From an uncultured Chloroflexia bacterium (GTDB lineage: Bacteria > Chloroflexota > Anaerolineae > Anaerolineales > Anaerolineaceae): 32,000 nt of DNA. The notes under the pieces are model-generated. The model was not told where the DNA came from. It searched no databases and saw nothing but the letters and a program-made list of their open reading frames with translations. The stretch is taken from the NCBI GenBank assembly GCA_963806635.1, contig CAWDZA010000023.1, positions 226,876 to 258,875 of the forward strand, in the 5' to 3' direction. Position 1 is the first letter of the stretch. The number at the start of each line of letters is the position of its first letter. Shown here piece by piece: positions 1-7,781 of this stretch. The translations under genes and the position numbers were made by a program.

Positions 1-297
1 GTTGATCTTGCCTGTGCAGGTGACCACGTCCATATCCCCCTCGCTGCCGGTCTTCTTACAGGCGAGGTCCTGCAATTCGGTCTTGACCGCCTGGAAGGAA
101 TCGAGTTCCATGGCTGCCTGGGCTTCCCAGTCCTTGCAGGAGAGCGTGGAAAGCGCGTTGGTATCCTTGTTCACCAGGGCGTTCAGATAGGATTGCACCG
201 CCACGGCTGATTCATCCCCGTTTGACTTGGCTGCGCATGCGGAAAGTAAAGTAATTGAGAGAAGACTGAGGGAAAATATGACCAATAAGTGCTTCAC
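1..297 (-). CDS. Secreted lipoprotein, N-terminal part only (gene runs off the left edge)
   Basis: GTG at 297 with GGAGG 6 nt upstream. Translation VKHLLVIFSLSLLSITLLSACAAKSNGDE... gives a signal peptide plus lipobox (LLSAC). The frame stays open to position 1. Absent from the ORF track because no stop lies in the window. Confidence 0.6.
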   Translation of the reverse strand, partial: MKHLLVIFSLSLLSITLLSACAAKSNGDESAVAVQSYLNALVNKDTNALSTLSCKDWEAQAAMELDSFQAVKTELQDLACKKTGSEGDMDVVTCTGKIN

Positions 298-520
298 CGG
301 TACCTCCAATAAGCCACAACACTCGATTCTTGCGAACAAAATTATATCACCCGGAAGTTTTCGTTAAGTGAAGTGAGTGTCATCAGCAATAAATTAACAT
401 TCTGTTTTAATGTTGTCCTACATTATACAAATATCATACAACAAGCGAGAATATACAATATATGGGAGACAATTATCGTTTAATCTATACGAATAGCTGT
501 CAGAAAAAATCTTTCCTTTA

Positions 521-709
521 TGCAATATTTGCATTCAGGCGGTAATGCAGAATTTGCCTCATTGGGTAAGTGCAAAATTTGCTATTTCGCGAAGTGGAGA
601 TTTTTGCATTCAGGCGGGAAGGCAGATTTTACCCTCCGGATTCCTGCGGGCAGGATTTGCCCTCCTTAAGGATGCAGAATATGCACGTGTTAAGAGTGCA
701 GAAGTTGCA
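521..709. repeat. Array of 8 degenerate 13-bp motifs (consensus about TGCAGAATTTGCA, TGCA-N5-TGCA ends), about 25-bp period; centromere/iteron-like
   Basis: Motif starts at 521, 546, 571, 596, 621, 649, 673 and 697, giving spacings of 25,25,25,25,28,24,24. The longer unit tttgcattcaggcgg recurs at 528 and 603. The array lies directly downstream of the parA-RHH operon. Confidence 0.7.
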
Positions 710-726
710 CGAGATTCTAATCACTA

Positions 727-1158
727 CTAATTAACGACTTTTTCTACTGGAAGACTCCTGGATCTTTTTTTATTCCTTTTCTGATCGTCGGTATGTAAAT
801 CAGGGATTACCAGATTCCAATCATAACGCGGGCTGCGAGAAGGAGTTTTGAGCGGACCAAGATCAAGACTGCCAGCGTTGAAAGATTCCAGAAAACGAAT
901 CAAAGCCAATGTGACCAGCTGACTGGCCGGAATTGACAATCGAGTGGAAAGATCGGATATTTGATTGCGAATGTGCGGGGGCAGGTCATACGTCGCGCGC
1001 CGCTCCCGCCGGTCTGCGATCTTTTGTCGTTCCCGGGCTTTTTTCTCGCGCTCGCGCCTTGGCATCTGTGCGTCCACCTGGCGCTGCTCCATCTCCTTCA
1101 ACAATGCCGAAACTTCCGGATCTATTAAATCCCTGCGGGGAAGGTTGCTTTTAGGCAT
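727..1158 (-). CDS. Ribbon-helix-helix (ParG/CopG-like) centromere-binding protein candidate with an Arg/Lys/Glu-rich N-terminal tail
   Basis: 143 aa. The segment RATYDLPPHIRNQISDLSTRLSIPASQLVTLALIRFLESF fits a strand-helix-helix pattern. The N-terminal tail is RREREKKARERQKIADRRERR. Its start overlaps the parA stop by 8 nt. Confidence 0.6.
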   Translation of the reverse strand: MPKSNLPRRDLIDPEVSALLKEMEQRQVDAQMPRREREKKARERQKIADRRERRATYDLPPHIRNQISDLSTRLSIPASQLVTLALIRFLESFNAGSLDLGPLKTPSRSPRYDWNLVIPDLHTDDQKRNKKRSRSLPVEKVVN

Positions 1159-1942
1159 CCAGCACCTCCATAAATTTGGTTAGTATCTGACGGTACCCAC
1201 CGATCCGTCTGCGGTCCTCTGGCAAGCCTTTCATGGCCAGGCAGGTGGGCGCGTATTCCCAGAGCGTCCTGCCGTACGCCGGCGCTTCGCGGACACGAGT
1301 ATCCTGCGGGATGGGCGGCCACAGGTGTCCACCAAAGGTTTGGATCAAACTCTGGAACTGCAGGTAGGTCTCGCGGGTGGTACGGTCAAAAAATGTGGGT
1401 AGAATGCAGTAACCTTCCAGGGAATGACCCCGACGCGAGAACTCACCCATACTGCGGATCACCTCCTGCAACCCATCCACAGAAAGCGAATCCATACGGG
1501 TGGGGATGACCACCCAGTTGCTGGAAAGCAACCCACTTGCATGCAGGGAATCCAGCGAGGGTGCCATATCCAGGAGGACGACATCATACCCGCCCCCTGT
1601 GATCGCCTCCAGGAACCGAACACTGCCTGAGGGGGATTTTGCAAACTCGTTCTGCACGGCCTCGGTGTGCTTATCGCCGGGAAGCACATCCAGATTCTCA
1701 CGGGCGCCAACCACAAGCGAGGGCAGATCCCTGTTTTCACAGATCAGACCGAACAGCCCCGGCGACTTTGGCAGACCCAGGGAGAGGGCCACATGTCCCT
1801 GGGAATCCATGTCCACCAACAGAACCCGCCGGCCAGCCAGCGCCAGACCGTGGGCAAGCGTAACAGCAGTGGTGGTTTTTCCAACCCCACCTTTCTGGTT
1901 TGCAAACGATACAATCTTCACAAATTCCTCATCTGACACCAC
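1151..1942 (-). CDS. parA: ParA/Soj-family partition ATPase (copy 2)
   Basis: Deviant Walker A NQKGGVGKTTTAV, then VLLVDMDSQG. The ORF-track start is GTG at 1942. An alternative GTG at 1921 (VKIVSFANQKGG) has GAGGA 4 nt upstream. Confidence 0.9.
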   Translation of the reverse strand: MVSDEEFVKIVSFANQKGGVGKTTTAVTLAHGLALAGRRVLLVDMDSQGHVALSLGLPKSPGLFGLICENRDLPSLVVGARENLDVLPGDKHTEAVQNEFAKSPSGSVRFLEAITGGGYDVVLLDMAPSLDSLHASGLLSSNWVVIPTRMDSLSVDGLQEVIRSMGEFSRRGHSLEGYCILPTFFDRTTRETYLQFQSLIQTFGGHLWPPIPQDTRVREAPAYGRTLWEYAPTCLAMKGLPEDRRRIGGYRQILTKFMEVLDA

Positions 1943-1971
1943 CTTAATTTTGATCGTAATTCCAAAAATAA

Positions 1972-2035
1972 GGGTCGCCCCTAGAAATTATAGCTGAAAA
2001 TGAAAGAAATATTCAATAAATCGCTTTGGCGACCC
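1972..2035 (-). promoter_or_regulatory. Putative parA2 promoter bracketed by an 8-bp inverted repeat
   Basis: Minus strand reads GGGTCGCC-N11-TTGAAT-N18-TATAAT-N7-GGCGACCC. The -35 is at 2011-2016, the -10 at 1987-1992, and the arms at 1972-1979 and 2028-2035. Confidence 0.45.
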
Positions 2036-2160
2036 TGCAATACTTTCAGCGTCACCCCATAAACCCCTCATTGGCACGAATAATGCGTTATTGTAAGTAA
2101 AGGCGTGAAAATGTACGCTTCAGAGAAATAATTCCAGGATATTTGAAAAAAGATGGGAAA

Positions 2161-2178
2161 GTGTAACCGCGGTTACAC
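2161..2178. repeat. Perfect 18-bp palindrome GTGTAACCGCGGTTACAC (parS-like candidate), copy 1
   Basis: Perfect dyad with no loop, 2 nt from the parB-like stop codon. The 14-bp core GTAACCGCGGTTAC recurs at 6569-6582. Confidence 0.5.
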
Positions 2179-2179
2179 T

Positions 2180-3325
2180 TCAGGATTTTTTAATCCGGGC
2201 TTTGATCAGGCGGGAAAGCTCATCCAGGCGCGTGAGGGTTTCCTGTGCCTGGCCGAGAAAAACGACCTCATCAGCCAACAGGTCAAGAGCCTGGGATTGA
2301 TCCACGGGGTCAAGCCGATTTATTGAACGGATGAATTTCAGCAGGCTGCGGCTGGCCTCGCGCCCGGGATCGCGGGGAGAGGCGGGCGGTTTGCCGGTGG
2401 ATGGAACTGGCTGTTCAGGCGAACCGGAAACCACAGAGATCTCATCGGAGGTAAGCTGGCTCTGAATGCTCACCTGGATCAGGCGCTCCCATTGACGCTC
2501 CGGGGCGGAAAGGATCTCGCGCAGAACGCGCTCCGAAAGACGGTACCGGTCGGTGAGATCAAGCAGGGGGCTGGGAAGCTGCAGAATATTCAGAAGCTGC
2601 ACCATACGCGGGCGGGTGAGCTGCATGACCGGGGTGATCTTCTCCCACAATCCGGTGGGCATGCGCTGGGAGCGCACCCTGCGGAAATATTCGTATTCGT
2701 CCTGGACGGTTTCCTCGGCGGGCATTCCCATCTCGGAAAGGATCAGCGCGGAGATCTCGCAGGCCTGCTCGACTGCCGAAGGCGGCTCGGCGTGGCGGTT
2801 TTCCAGCACCTGACGCTGGCGGGTGGGATTATCCACCACCTCAACCCGCAGAAGGGGCTCCGCGGCGGAGTGGTTCTTTACTCTTTTTAAACAGGCCGCC
2901 CAGAAGCGTCTTTCACCGGTCTCGATCTGGAAAATATAGTTCCCGTTCGGACCTTCCTTCCAGGCGCCGGTGATCGGTTTGATCTGCCCATGCTCATCGA
3001 AGGATTCGCCCATGGCAACCAGGCGTTCGACCTCGGCTTTGATCGCCGGGTCGCTGCGCGCCATATCCAGCCAGGCAGCGGCCGCCCGGTAACAGTCAAT
3101 TTTTCCTGAAAAGAAGTCCACGCGGAGGGAGGGTGGTAAAAGGCGGCGGGGTTGAAAGCGATCGGGCAGCATTTGGCTGGGAGCCAGGCGCTCGATACGC
3201 TCAACAGCAGCGATGGGGCTAAGCGCAGGGGCCAGCGGCGCTGTACCAGTGCCGGGAATGGGACTCGCGGCCTCCTGAGAGAGATCGTCGAAGGCGTTGA
3301 AACGCTTCTTATTCTGGGGGGACAT
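2180..3325 (-). CDS. parB: ParB/Srx-domain partition protein homolog
   Basis: 381 aa. IETGERRFWAA matches the ParB GERRxRAA box. AAGGAG RBS before the ATG. It sits 26 nt downstream of a parA gene. Confidence 0.75.
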   Translation of the reverse strand: MSPQNKKRFNAFDDLSQEAASPIPGTGTAPLAPALSPIAAVERIERLAPSQMLPDRFQPRRLLPPSLRVDFFSGKIDCYRAAAAWLDMARSDPAIKAEVERLVAMGESFDEHGQIKPITGAWKEGPNGNYIFQIETGERRFWAACLKRVKNHSAAEPLLRVEVVDNPTRQRQVLENRHAEPPSAVEQACEISALILSEMGMPAEETVQDEYEYFRRVRSQRMPTGLWEKITPVMQLTRPRMVQLLNILQLPSPLLDLTDRYRLSERVLREILSAPERQWERLIQVSIQSQLTSDEISVVSGSPEQPVPSTGKPPASPRDPGREASRSLLKFIRSINRLDPVDQSQALDLLADEVVFLGQAQETLTRLDELSRLIKARIKKS

Positions 3326-3351
3326 GCCTGGCTCCTTTCCGGTCGGGGGAG

Positions 3352-4194
3352 TTAAACCCCACTGCCGGTCCTTTCCAACACGGTGTCCACCAATGCGGCA
3401 TACTCCTGGGTGGCGCGCGAACTGGACCAGATCTGCTCCGGGCTTTTGTGCCGGGGTGGACGGAAGCTGAAAACATCCATGTGGCTGGAGTGAGCGTAGG
3501 CGAGATCGGATGCTTTATGGATGGGTGCCAGAACCTGACCCGGAAAGCGGGTACGCAGCTCAGCCAGGATTTCCTGGGCTTCCGAGCGCTGTTCCTCGCA
3601 AAGCGTGGGCAGGTAACCAAATGTCTTTAGGTCGGGTCGGAAATGAACACGAACCTGGTCGATGGTACGCTGCAGCTCCATCAGCCCGGAGACACCCAGG
3701 TAGCTGGTCTCCACAGGGATGAGGACAAGATCTGCCGCCACCAGAGCATTCACCAGCAGGTGCCCGGTGGTGGGCGGCGTATCAATGATGATATAGGCAA
3801 ACTCTTTTGCAGCCGGGGCGAGCGCGCGGGAGAGGCGGGTTTCATTCGCCATCAGGGTGGGCAACAGGTGAGCCGCCTCCACCATCGCCGGGTGCGAGCT
3901 GGGGATCACATACAAATTGGGGTGGTACTGGCTGCGCTGAGTCATTCGCAGCGCGGAGGGAGGCGGGCTTTCCAACAACAGGCTGGAAAGATTGCCGCCG
4001 CCCGGGGTGGGTTTTATACCGAAGGCCGTGGCCAGCAGCGCATGTCCCTGAGGGTCCATATCCACCAGCAGCACCTTGCCAGCCGCCCCCGACCTCCCGG
4101 AAAGTTTCAGGGATAACCCGGCAGCAAGATTCACGGCGGTGGTGGTTTTTCCCACCCCGCCTTTTTCGTTGGCGATCGTGATCGTTACTGCCAT
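3352..4194 (-). CDS. parA: ParA/Soj-family partition ATPase (copy 1)
   Basis: MAVTITIANEKGGVGKTTTAVNLAAGL deviant Walker A, then VLLVDMDPQGH. 280 aa. Confidence 0.9.
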   Translation of the reverse strand: MAVTITIANEKGGVGKTTTAVNLAAGLSLKLSGRSGAAGKVLLVDMDPQGHALLATAFGIKPTPGGGNLSSLLLESPPPSALRMTQRSQYHPNLYVIPSSHPAMVEAAHLLPTLMANETRLSRALAPAAKEFAYIIIDTPPTTGHLLVNALVAADLVLIPVETSYLGVSGLMELQRTIDQVRVHFRPDLKTFGYLPTLCEEQRSEAQEILAELRTRFPGQVLAPIHKASDLAYAHSSHMDVFSFRPPRHKSPEQIWSSSRATQEYAALVDTVLERTGSGV

Positions 4195-4242
4195 GAGCCC
4201 TCTATATGCCTGCAGTTAAGGAAAATATACACAACTTGAATA

Positions 4243-4271
4243 ATCATACATAAATTTCACCCCTTAGTCAA
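4243..4271 (-). promoter_or_regulatory. Putative sigma70-type promoter for parA1-parB
   Basis: Minus strand reads TTGACT (4266-4271), 17-nt spacer, TATGAT (4243-4248), about 50 nt upstream of the parA1 ATG. Confidence 0.45.
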
Positions 4272-4298
4272 TATTAGCATAACTGGGCCAAATTCAGG

Positions 4299-4376
4299 AA
4301 TAATTGCCGTAAATTTTAGAGAATATGCAATAATTACCGTAAATCCCTTGAAATTAACCGGAATTCGTGCAATAAT
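4299..4376 (+). promoter_or_regulatory. Direct repeats AATAATTRCCGTAAAT (x2) followed by a putative extended -10 promoter for the AAA ATPase operon
   Basis: Repeats at 4299-4314 and 4329-4344, 30 bp apart. TTGAAA at 4348-4353, 17-nt spacer, TGcAATAAT with the -10 at 4371-4376. AGGAGG RBS before the ATG at 4404. Confidence 0.4.
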
Positions 4377-4403
4377 AGTTCAAATGTATCAGGAGGAATA
4401 GCA

Positions 4404-5228
4404 ATGTTATCTTCCATGGGCGATGAGGATTGGCGATATGCGCGTCTTGAGCGGTTGGGTTTGAAGGAAGACCCTTTCAAACTTTCGGCGGATCCGCGCT
4501 ACCTTTATCTTGGTCCGGAGCACCTCGCAGTCTACCGGCAGGCTCAGGGCGTGATCTCACGCCGGCGCGGCCTGGCGCTGATCACCGGGGATATGGGCAT
4601 GGGCAAGAGTTCGCTTGCCCGGCGTCTTTATGACGTCTATAACCCTGATGAAAACGTTAAGGTTTATTACAACCACACCGCGGCATTTAAATCGGCGATG
4701 GATGCCGCCACCCAGATATCCCAGGCGCTCGGTATCCCCCCTCAGCGCAGCTTCCAGCGCCAGATGGAAAGCCTGGAGCAAAAAATGGCCTCGGCTTACA
4801 CCGCCAAGCAAAACGTGATCATTTTACTGGACGATGCCCAGATGATGAAGCCCGAAGCCCTGGAAGTGATCCACCGGATCTACAACTTTGATTATGACGT
4901 CAAGGTTGTGCAGATCCTGGCATTCGGACAGAGCGAAATGTCGAACCTGTTCGAGACCAACAAGGCGGTGAACGCGCGCGTTTTTGTGCGCCTGGTGCTG
5001 CCACCCCTCACCCTTTCCAGCGCGTTGCAGATGGTGATGTTCCGGTTGAACGTAGCCGGGCGTAATGAGAGCATGATCGACGACGATGCCTTTGAGCTGC
5101 TCTACGAGAAGTCTCAGGGGGTTCCGCGCGAGATCACCAAATTCTGCGCCTATGCCACCGACCTCCTTCTGCAAAGCGACGCCACCACCATTGACCGAAA
5201 CATAGTTCGGGAGGCGATCAGCGCATGA
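4404..5228 (+). CDS. AAA+ ATPase, ExeA/GspA/TniB-like (AAA_22-type)
   Basis: Walker A GDMGMGKSSLARRL and Walker B VIILLDDAQ. Overall pattern is typical of ExeA-like ATPases (LGPEHLAVYRQAQG..., QGVPREI). Confidence 0.7.
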   Translation: MLSSMGDEDWRYARLERLGLKEDPFKLSADPRYLYLGPEHLAVYRQAQGVISRRRGLALITGDMGMGKSSLARRLYDVYNPDENVKVYYNHTAAFKSAMDAATQISQALGIPPQRSFQRQMESLEQKMASAYTAKQNVIILLDDAQMMKPEALEVIHRIYNFDYDVKVVQILAFGQSEMSNLFETNKAVNARVFVRLVLPPLTLSSALQMVMFRLNVAGRNESMIDDDAFELLYEKSQGVPREITKFCAYATDLLLQSDATTIDRNIVREAISA

Positions 5229-5551
5229 CCACCCCAACCCCCCCCAGAGCCGCCTGGGTTCAGCTCTATGAAGCCAGGCGGGTTACAAGCGAGCCTGTTA
5301 CCCGTACCGCCGGGCGACCACCGGCATCCGTTCCCCGCCGCAAAGTGGGACTTACCCTCTCCCAGGGAGAGATCACCGAAATTGACGAATGGCAGCAGCG
5401 CTTTGCCGTCCTGCTGAAGCGCAAAGTCTCCGATGGCGAGACCGTTGGCATCCTGGTGCGCATCTGTACCGCCCGACTGAACCGCGTGGGCGAAGCAGAA
5501 AGCACCGGCGGTCTGTCAGCTTTTGTTGAAAAACTGATCGAGGCCGAGTAA
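5225..5551 (+). CDS. Small protein, possible RHH DNA-binding fold
   Basis: ATGA overlap with the upstream ATPase. RRKVGLTLSQGEITEIDEWQQRFAVLL fits a strand-helix pattern. No family recognised. Confidence 0.5.
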   Translation: MTTPTPPRAAWVQLYEARRVTSEPVTRTAGRPPASVPRRKVGLTLSQGEITEIDEWQQRFAVLLKRKVSDGETVGILVRICTARLNRVGEAESTGGLSAFVEKLIEAE

Positions 5552-5594
5552 TTGTTTCTTCCATAAAACACCCACATTAACGGAAGAAACAATT
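5550..5594 (+). other. Perfect 13-bp stem hairpin (AATTGTTTCTTCC / GGAAGAAACAATT, 19-nt loop)
   Basis: Arms at 5550-5562 and 5582-5594. It starts at the stop codon of the small ORF and is followed by an A-rich rather than T-rich tract, so it is not a canonical intrinsic terminator. Confidence 0.5.
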
Positions 5595-5704
5595 GAAAAT
5601 AAAAACCTTAACAAATCTTAAGATGGACGCCAGGTAGTAAAGGGGAGTAATCCCATCAAGAAAGAGCAAGCAGAAAAAGGATTTTAAGGCGAGAGAAACC
5701 AGTC

Positions 5705-6572
5705 ATGACCGATGCCGGCCGGCCAACCCAAACACACCCGAATCAGCGCGACGCCTGGCAGATCGTGCTTGGTCAGCTTCAGGCAGAGATGGCTCGCACC
5801 ATGTTCGAGACCTGGGTACAGCCCCTGCGTGTGGTCAATTTCCAGGATGGCGTTTTTACCCTGGGGGCGTTCAATCCCTTTGCCCGCGACTGGGTGCTCA
5901 ATCGGCTTAAAAAGCCGAATCACCCAACTTCTAGGCGCGGTCTATGCGGAGCCGGTGGAACTGCAGGTGGTGGTGATAAATGAGTTCTATCGCCCAGAGC
6001 AGACCCTGAGCTCAAGTACCCCGCCGACGAAAAACAAAGAAGGCGCAGAAAACCGGGTGGAAGTTTCGGAACCTGAGGAAAAGATCCAGATTCCGAACAA
6101 CCGCAAGATGATGCTGCAACGGGCATATGGGTCCCGGCGCGCCAAACTCATCGAACCGGAACGCGGCATGTTCGTAACGCTTTACTCCTTTTATAGCTGG
6201 CTGCCCCTGCTCGGTCATTCAGCTTATGCCACCATTCTGGCCGCCCGCTCACTTTGTTACTGGAACCCGATGACCGGTGAGCTGCGCAACGTGATCGAAA
6301 CCGATATGGCCGAGCTGGCCAGCCGCGCCGCGGTGAGCGTCCGCACGGTCAAAGATGTTCTTTCAAACGACCTGGTGCGGCTATACTTTCTGCGCTACAG
6401 AGTGCGCCGGATCATCACCCCCAACGGAGTACGAACCGCGGGCATTTCCTTGCAGGTACGCATGGACGATCCGCTCACCCCCCAGGACCAGGAGCTGAGC
6501 GGGTTGACCGAAACCGAACCCTGGTGTTCCCCCGATTTTGAGACGGACGAGGAACTGGACCGCGATCTGTAA
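5705..6572 (+). pseudogene. Replication-initiator-like protein (DnaA domain I plus C-terminal wHTH) interrupted by a +1 frameshift at an A5 run
   Basis: Frame A (5705-): DAWQIVLGQLQAEMARTMFETWVQPLRVVNFQDGVFTLGAFNPFARDWVLNRLK aligns to the DnaA N-terminal pattern. Frame B continues with SRITQLLGAVYAEPVELQVVV and an HTH-like region (ELASRAAVSVRTVKDVL). Removing one A from 5909-5913 fuses them into about 288 aa. Confidence 0.7.
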
Positions 6573-6582
6573 CCGCGGTTAC
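6569..6582. repeat. 14-bp palindrome GTAACCGCGGTTAC (parS-like candidate), copy 2
   Basis: Overlaps the TAA stop of the rep-like gene (6570-6572). Same core as 2163-2176. Confidence 0.5.
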
Positions 6583-6779
6583 GGATTTCCGGCAGGGCAG
6601 GATGTTTTCTTCTTCAATTATATTAATGCGCATAGGTATATTGTCTTTTCTGTGTCTATTCAGTTAATACGTTTCGTGCTTTGACGACGGTTTCACGAAT
6701 GAACAGAGGATCCACTCTTGGTTTAGGGTTTTAGAAAGAGAGTTTTCGTACGGAATAATTTTGCAGGAAACGGGAGGGT

Positions 6780-7679
6780 TTATGGGTGGGAAGTACCGGA
6801 GATATGCACCTTAATTGAAAGAGTCTGCTCAGGGCGGGGGGAGTAAATGGCCAGGGAGTACCAGATGGTTCGTGCGATACTCTTGAAATCCGCATCACCG
6901 GCCACGCGCACGGTCATGCGGTAATCGCCAAGGTGGGGTATGTACTTCCAGCCCAGCTCCACCAGGTGCACCTCCTGGGAGTGATCGAGGGCATGCAGGG
7001 GAGGGATGTTATCGTTGGCCACCGCTTCCAGGGTCATTCCATATTGTGCCTGGTTGCCCGCGCGGCCAATCTCCTCAACCGTGGCCTGGATAAAATAATT
7101 CTTTTCCTCGTCCACGATGAAGACGACATAGTTGTCCGAAATGATCTTACCCTCCTGCAAGATCGTGCGCAGTGCGTTTTCAATGGCAGGCAGGGCTTCC
7201 TTCATGGGGCCGGCAGAAGCCCTTGACCACTGCTCGGGTACCAGCAGGGATCCGGTGGGGGTGCGCCCTTTCACTTCTTCATATCGCACCCAGGCGCTGG
7301 TTGCAGGATCAAGGATCTTGCGGAAGCGCGCCTTGAGCAAAGGTAAAATTTCATCGGTCGACGACTTGACCTCGAAGAAGCCGCCTTCGGCGCTGATCAC
7401 CATCCAGGGGGAGCGTTCGCCGATCTTATAGGCGTTGAATGAACCCGCCGATGTCTGGTGGATCCCGCTGGCCAGCCGGATGAGCGCGCCGGTATCCAAC
7501 AGAGCCCGATACTCGCAGAACAGGTGAAGCGCCATGGAGTTATCCCCCAGGCATTCCACCTCCACGCACTGCCAGAGCGAATCGCCCGCGCGGGCAGCCA
7601 CAGCCTGGAGGATATCGCCGACATCGAAATCCAGCGCCTGACCATCGGGTGTATCGTCGTGGAGGGTGACAGTGATCAT
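6780..7679 (-). CDS. Hypothetical protein (299 aa), no family recognised
   Basis: Long ORF with ordinary amino-acid composition. No convincing RBS seen. Confidence 0.5.
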   Translation of the reverse strand: MITVTLHDDTPDGQALDFDVGDILQAVAARAGDSLWQCVEVECLGDNSMALHLFCEYRALLDTGALIRLASGIHQTSAGSFNAYKIGERSPWMVISAEGGFFEVKSSTDEILPLLKARFRKILDPATSAWVRYEEVKGRTPTGSLLVPEQWSRASAGPMKEALPAIENALRTILQEGKIISDNYVVFIVDEEKNYFIQATVEEIGRAGNQAQYGMTLEAVANDNIPPLHALDHSQEVHLVELGWKYIPHLGDYRMTVRVAGDADFKSIARTIWYSLAIYSPRPEQTLSIKVHISGTSHP

Positions 7680-7781
7680 AAATTTGCGCCAAGTGTATCT
7701 GGTGCAGATATTTTATATCAAATCCCGCACCCCAAAACAAGATGCCAGTTATCGCGAAGAAATGAGCTGACGATTTTGAAT

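Noticed and set aside
521-720. Could the periodic array be a CRISPR array?
   Set aside because: The repeats are only about 13 bp, degenerate, and separated by about 12 bp, which is far too short for spacers. No cas genes or leader are present.
545-730. 61-aa plus-strand ORF over the repeat array
   Set aside because: It lies entirely within the phased 25-bp DNA repeats, has no RBS, and its peptide simply mirrors the repeat. I treat the region as a protein-binding DNA array.
5906-5914. Programmed -1 frameshift at an A AAA AAG-like slippery site (dnaX style)
   Set aside because: The downstream frame requires a +1 shift, not -1. The heptamer is T AAA AAG rather than X XXY YYZ, and no obvious downstream structure is present. 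A homopolymer indel is the simpler explanation.
300-6780. DnaA-box (TTATCCACA) clusters marking an origin in the AT-rich stretches at 300-520, 5595-5704 and 6585-6780
   Set aside because: I found no good 9-mer matches by eye in these regions. The origin location remains unassigned.
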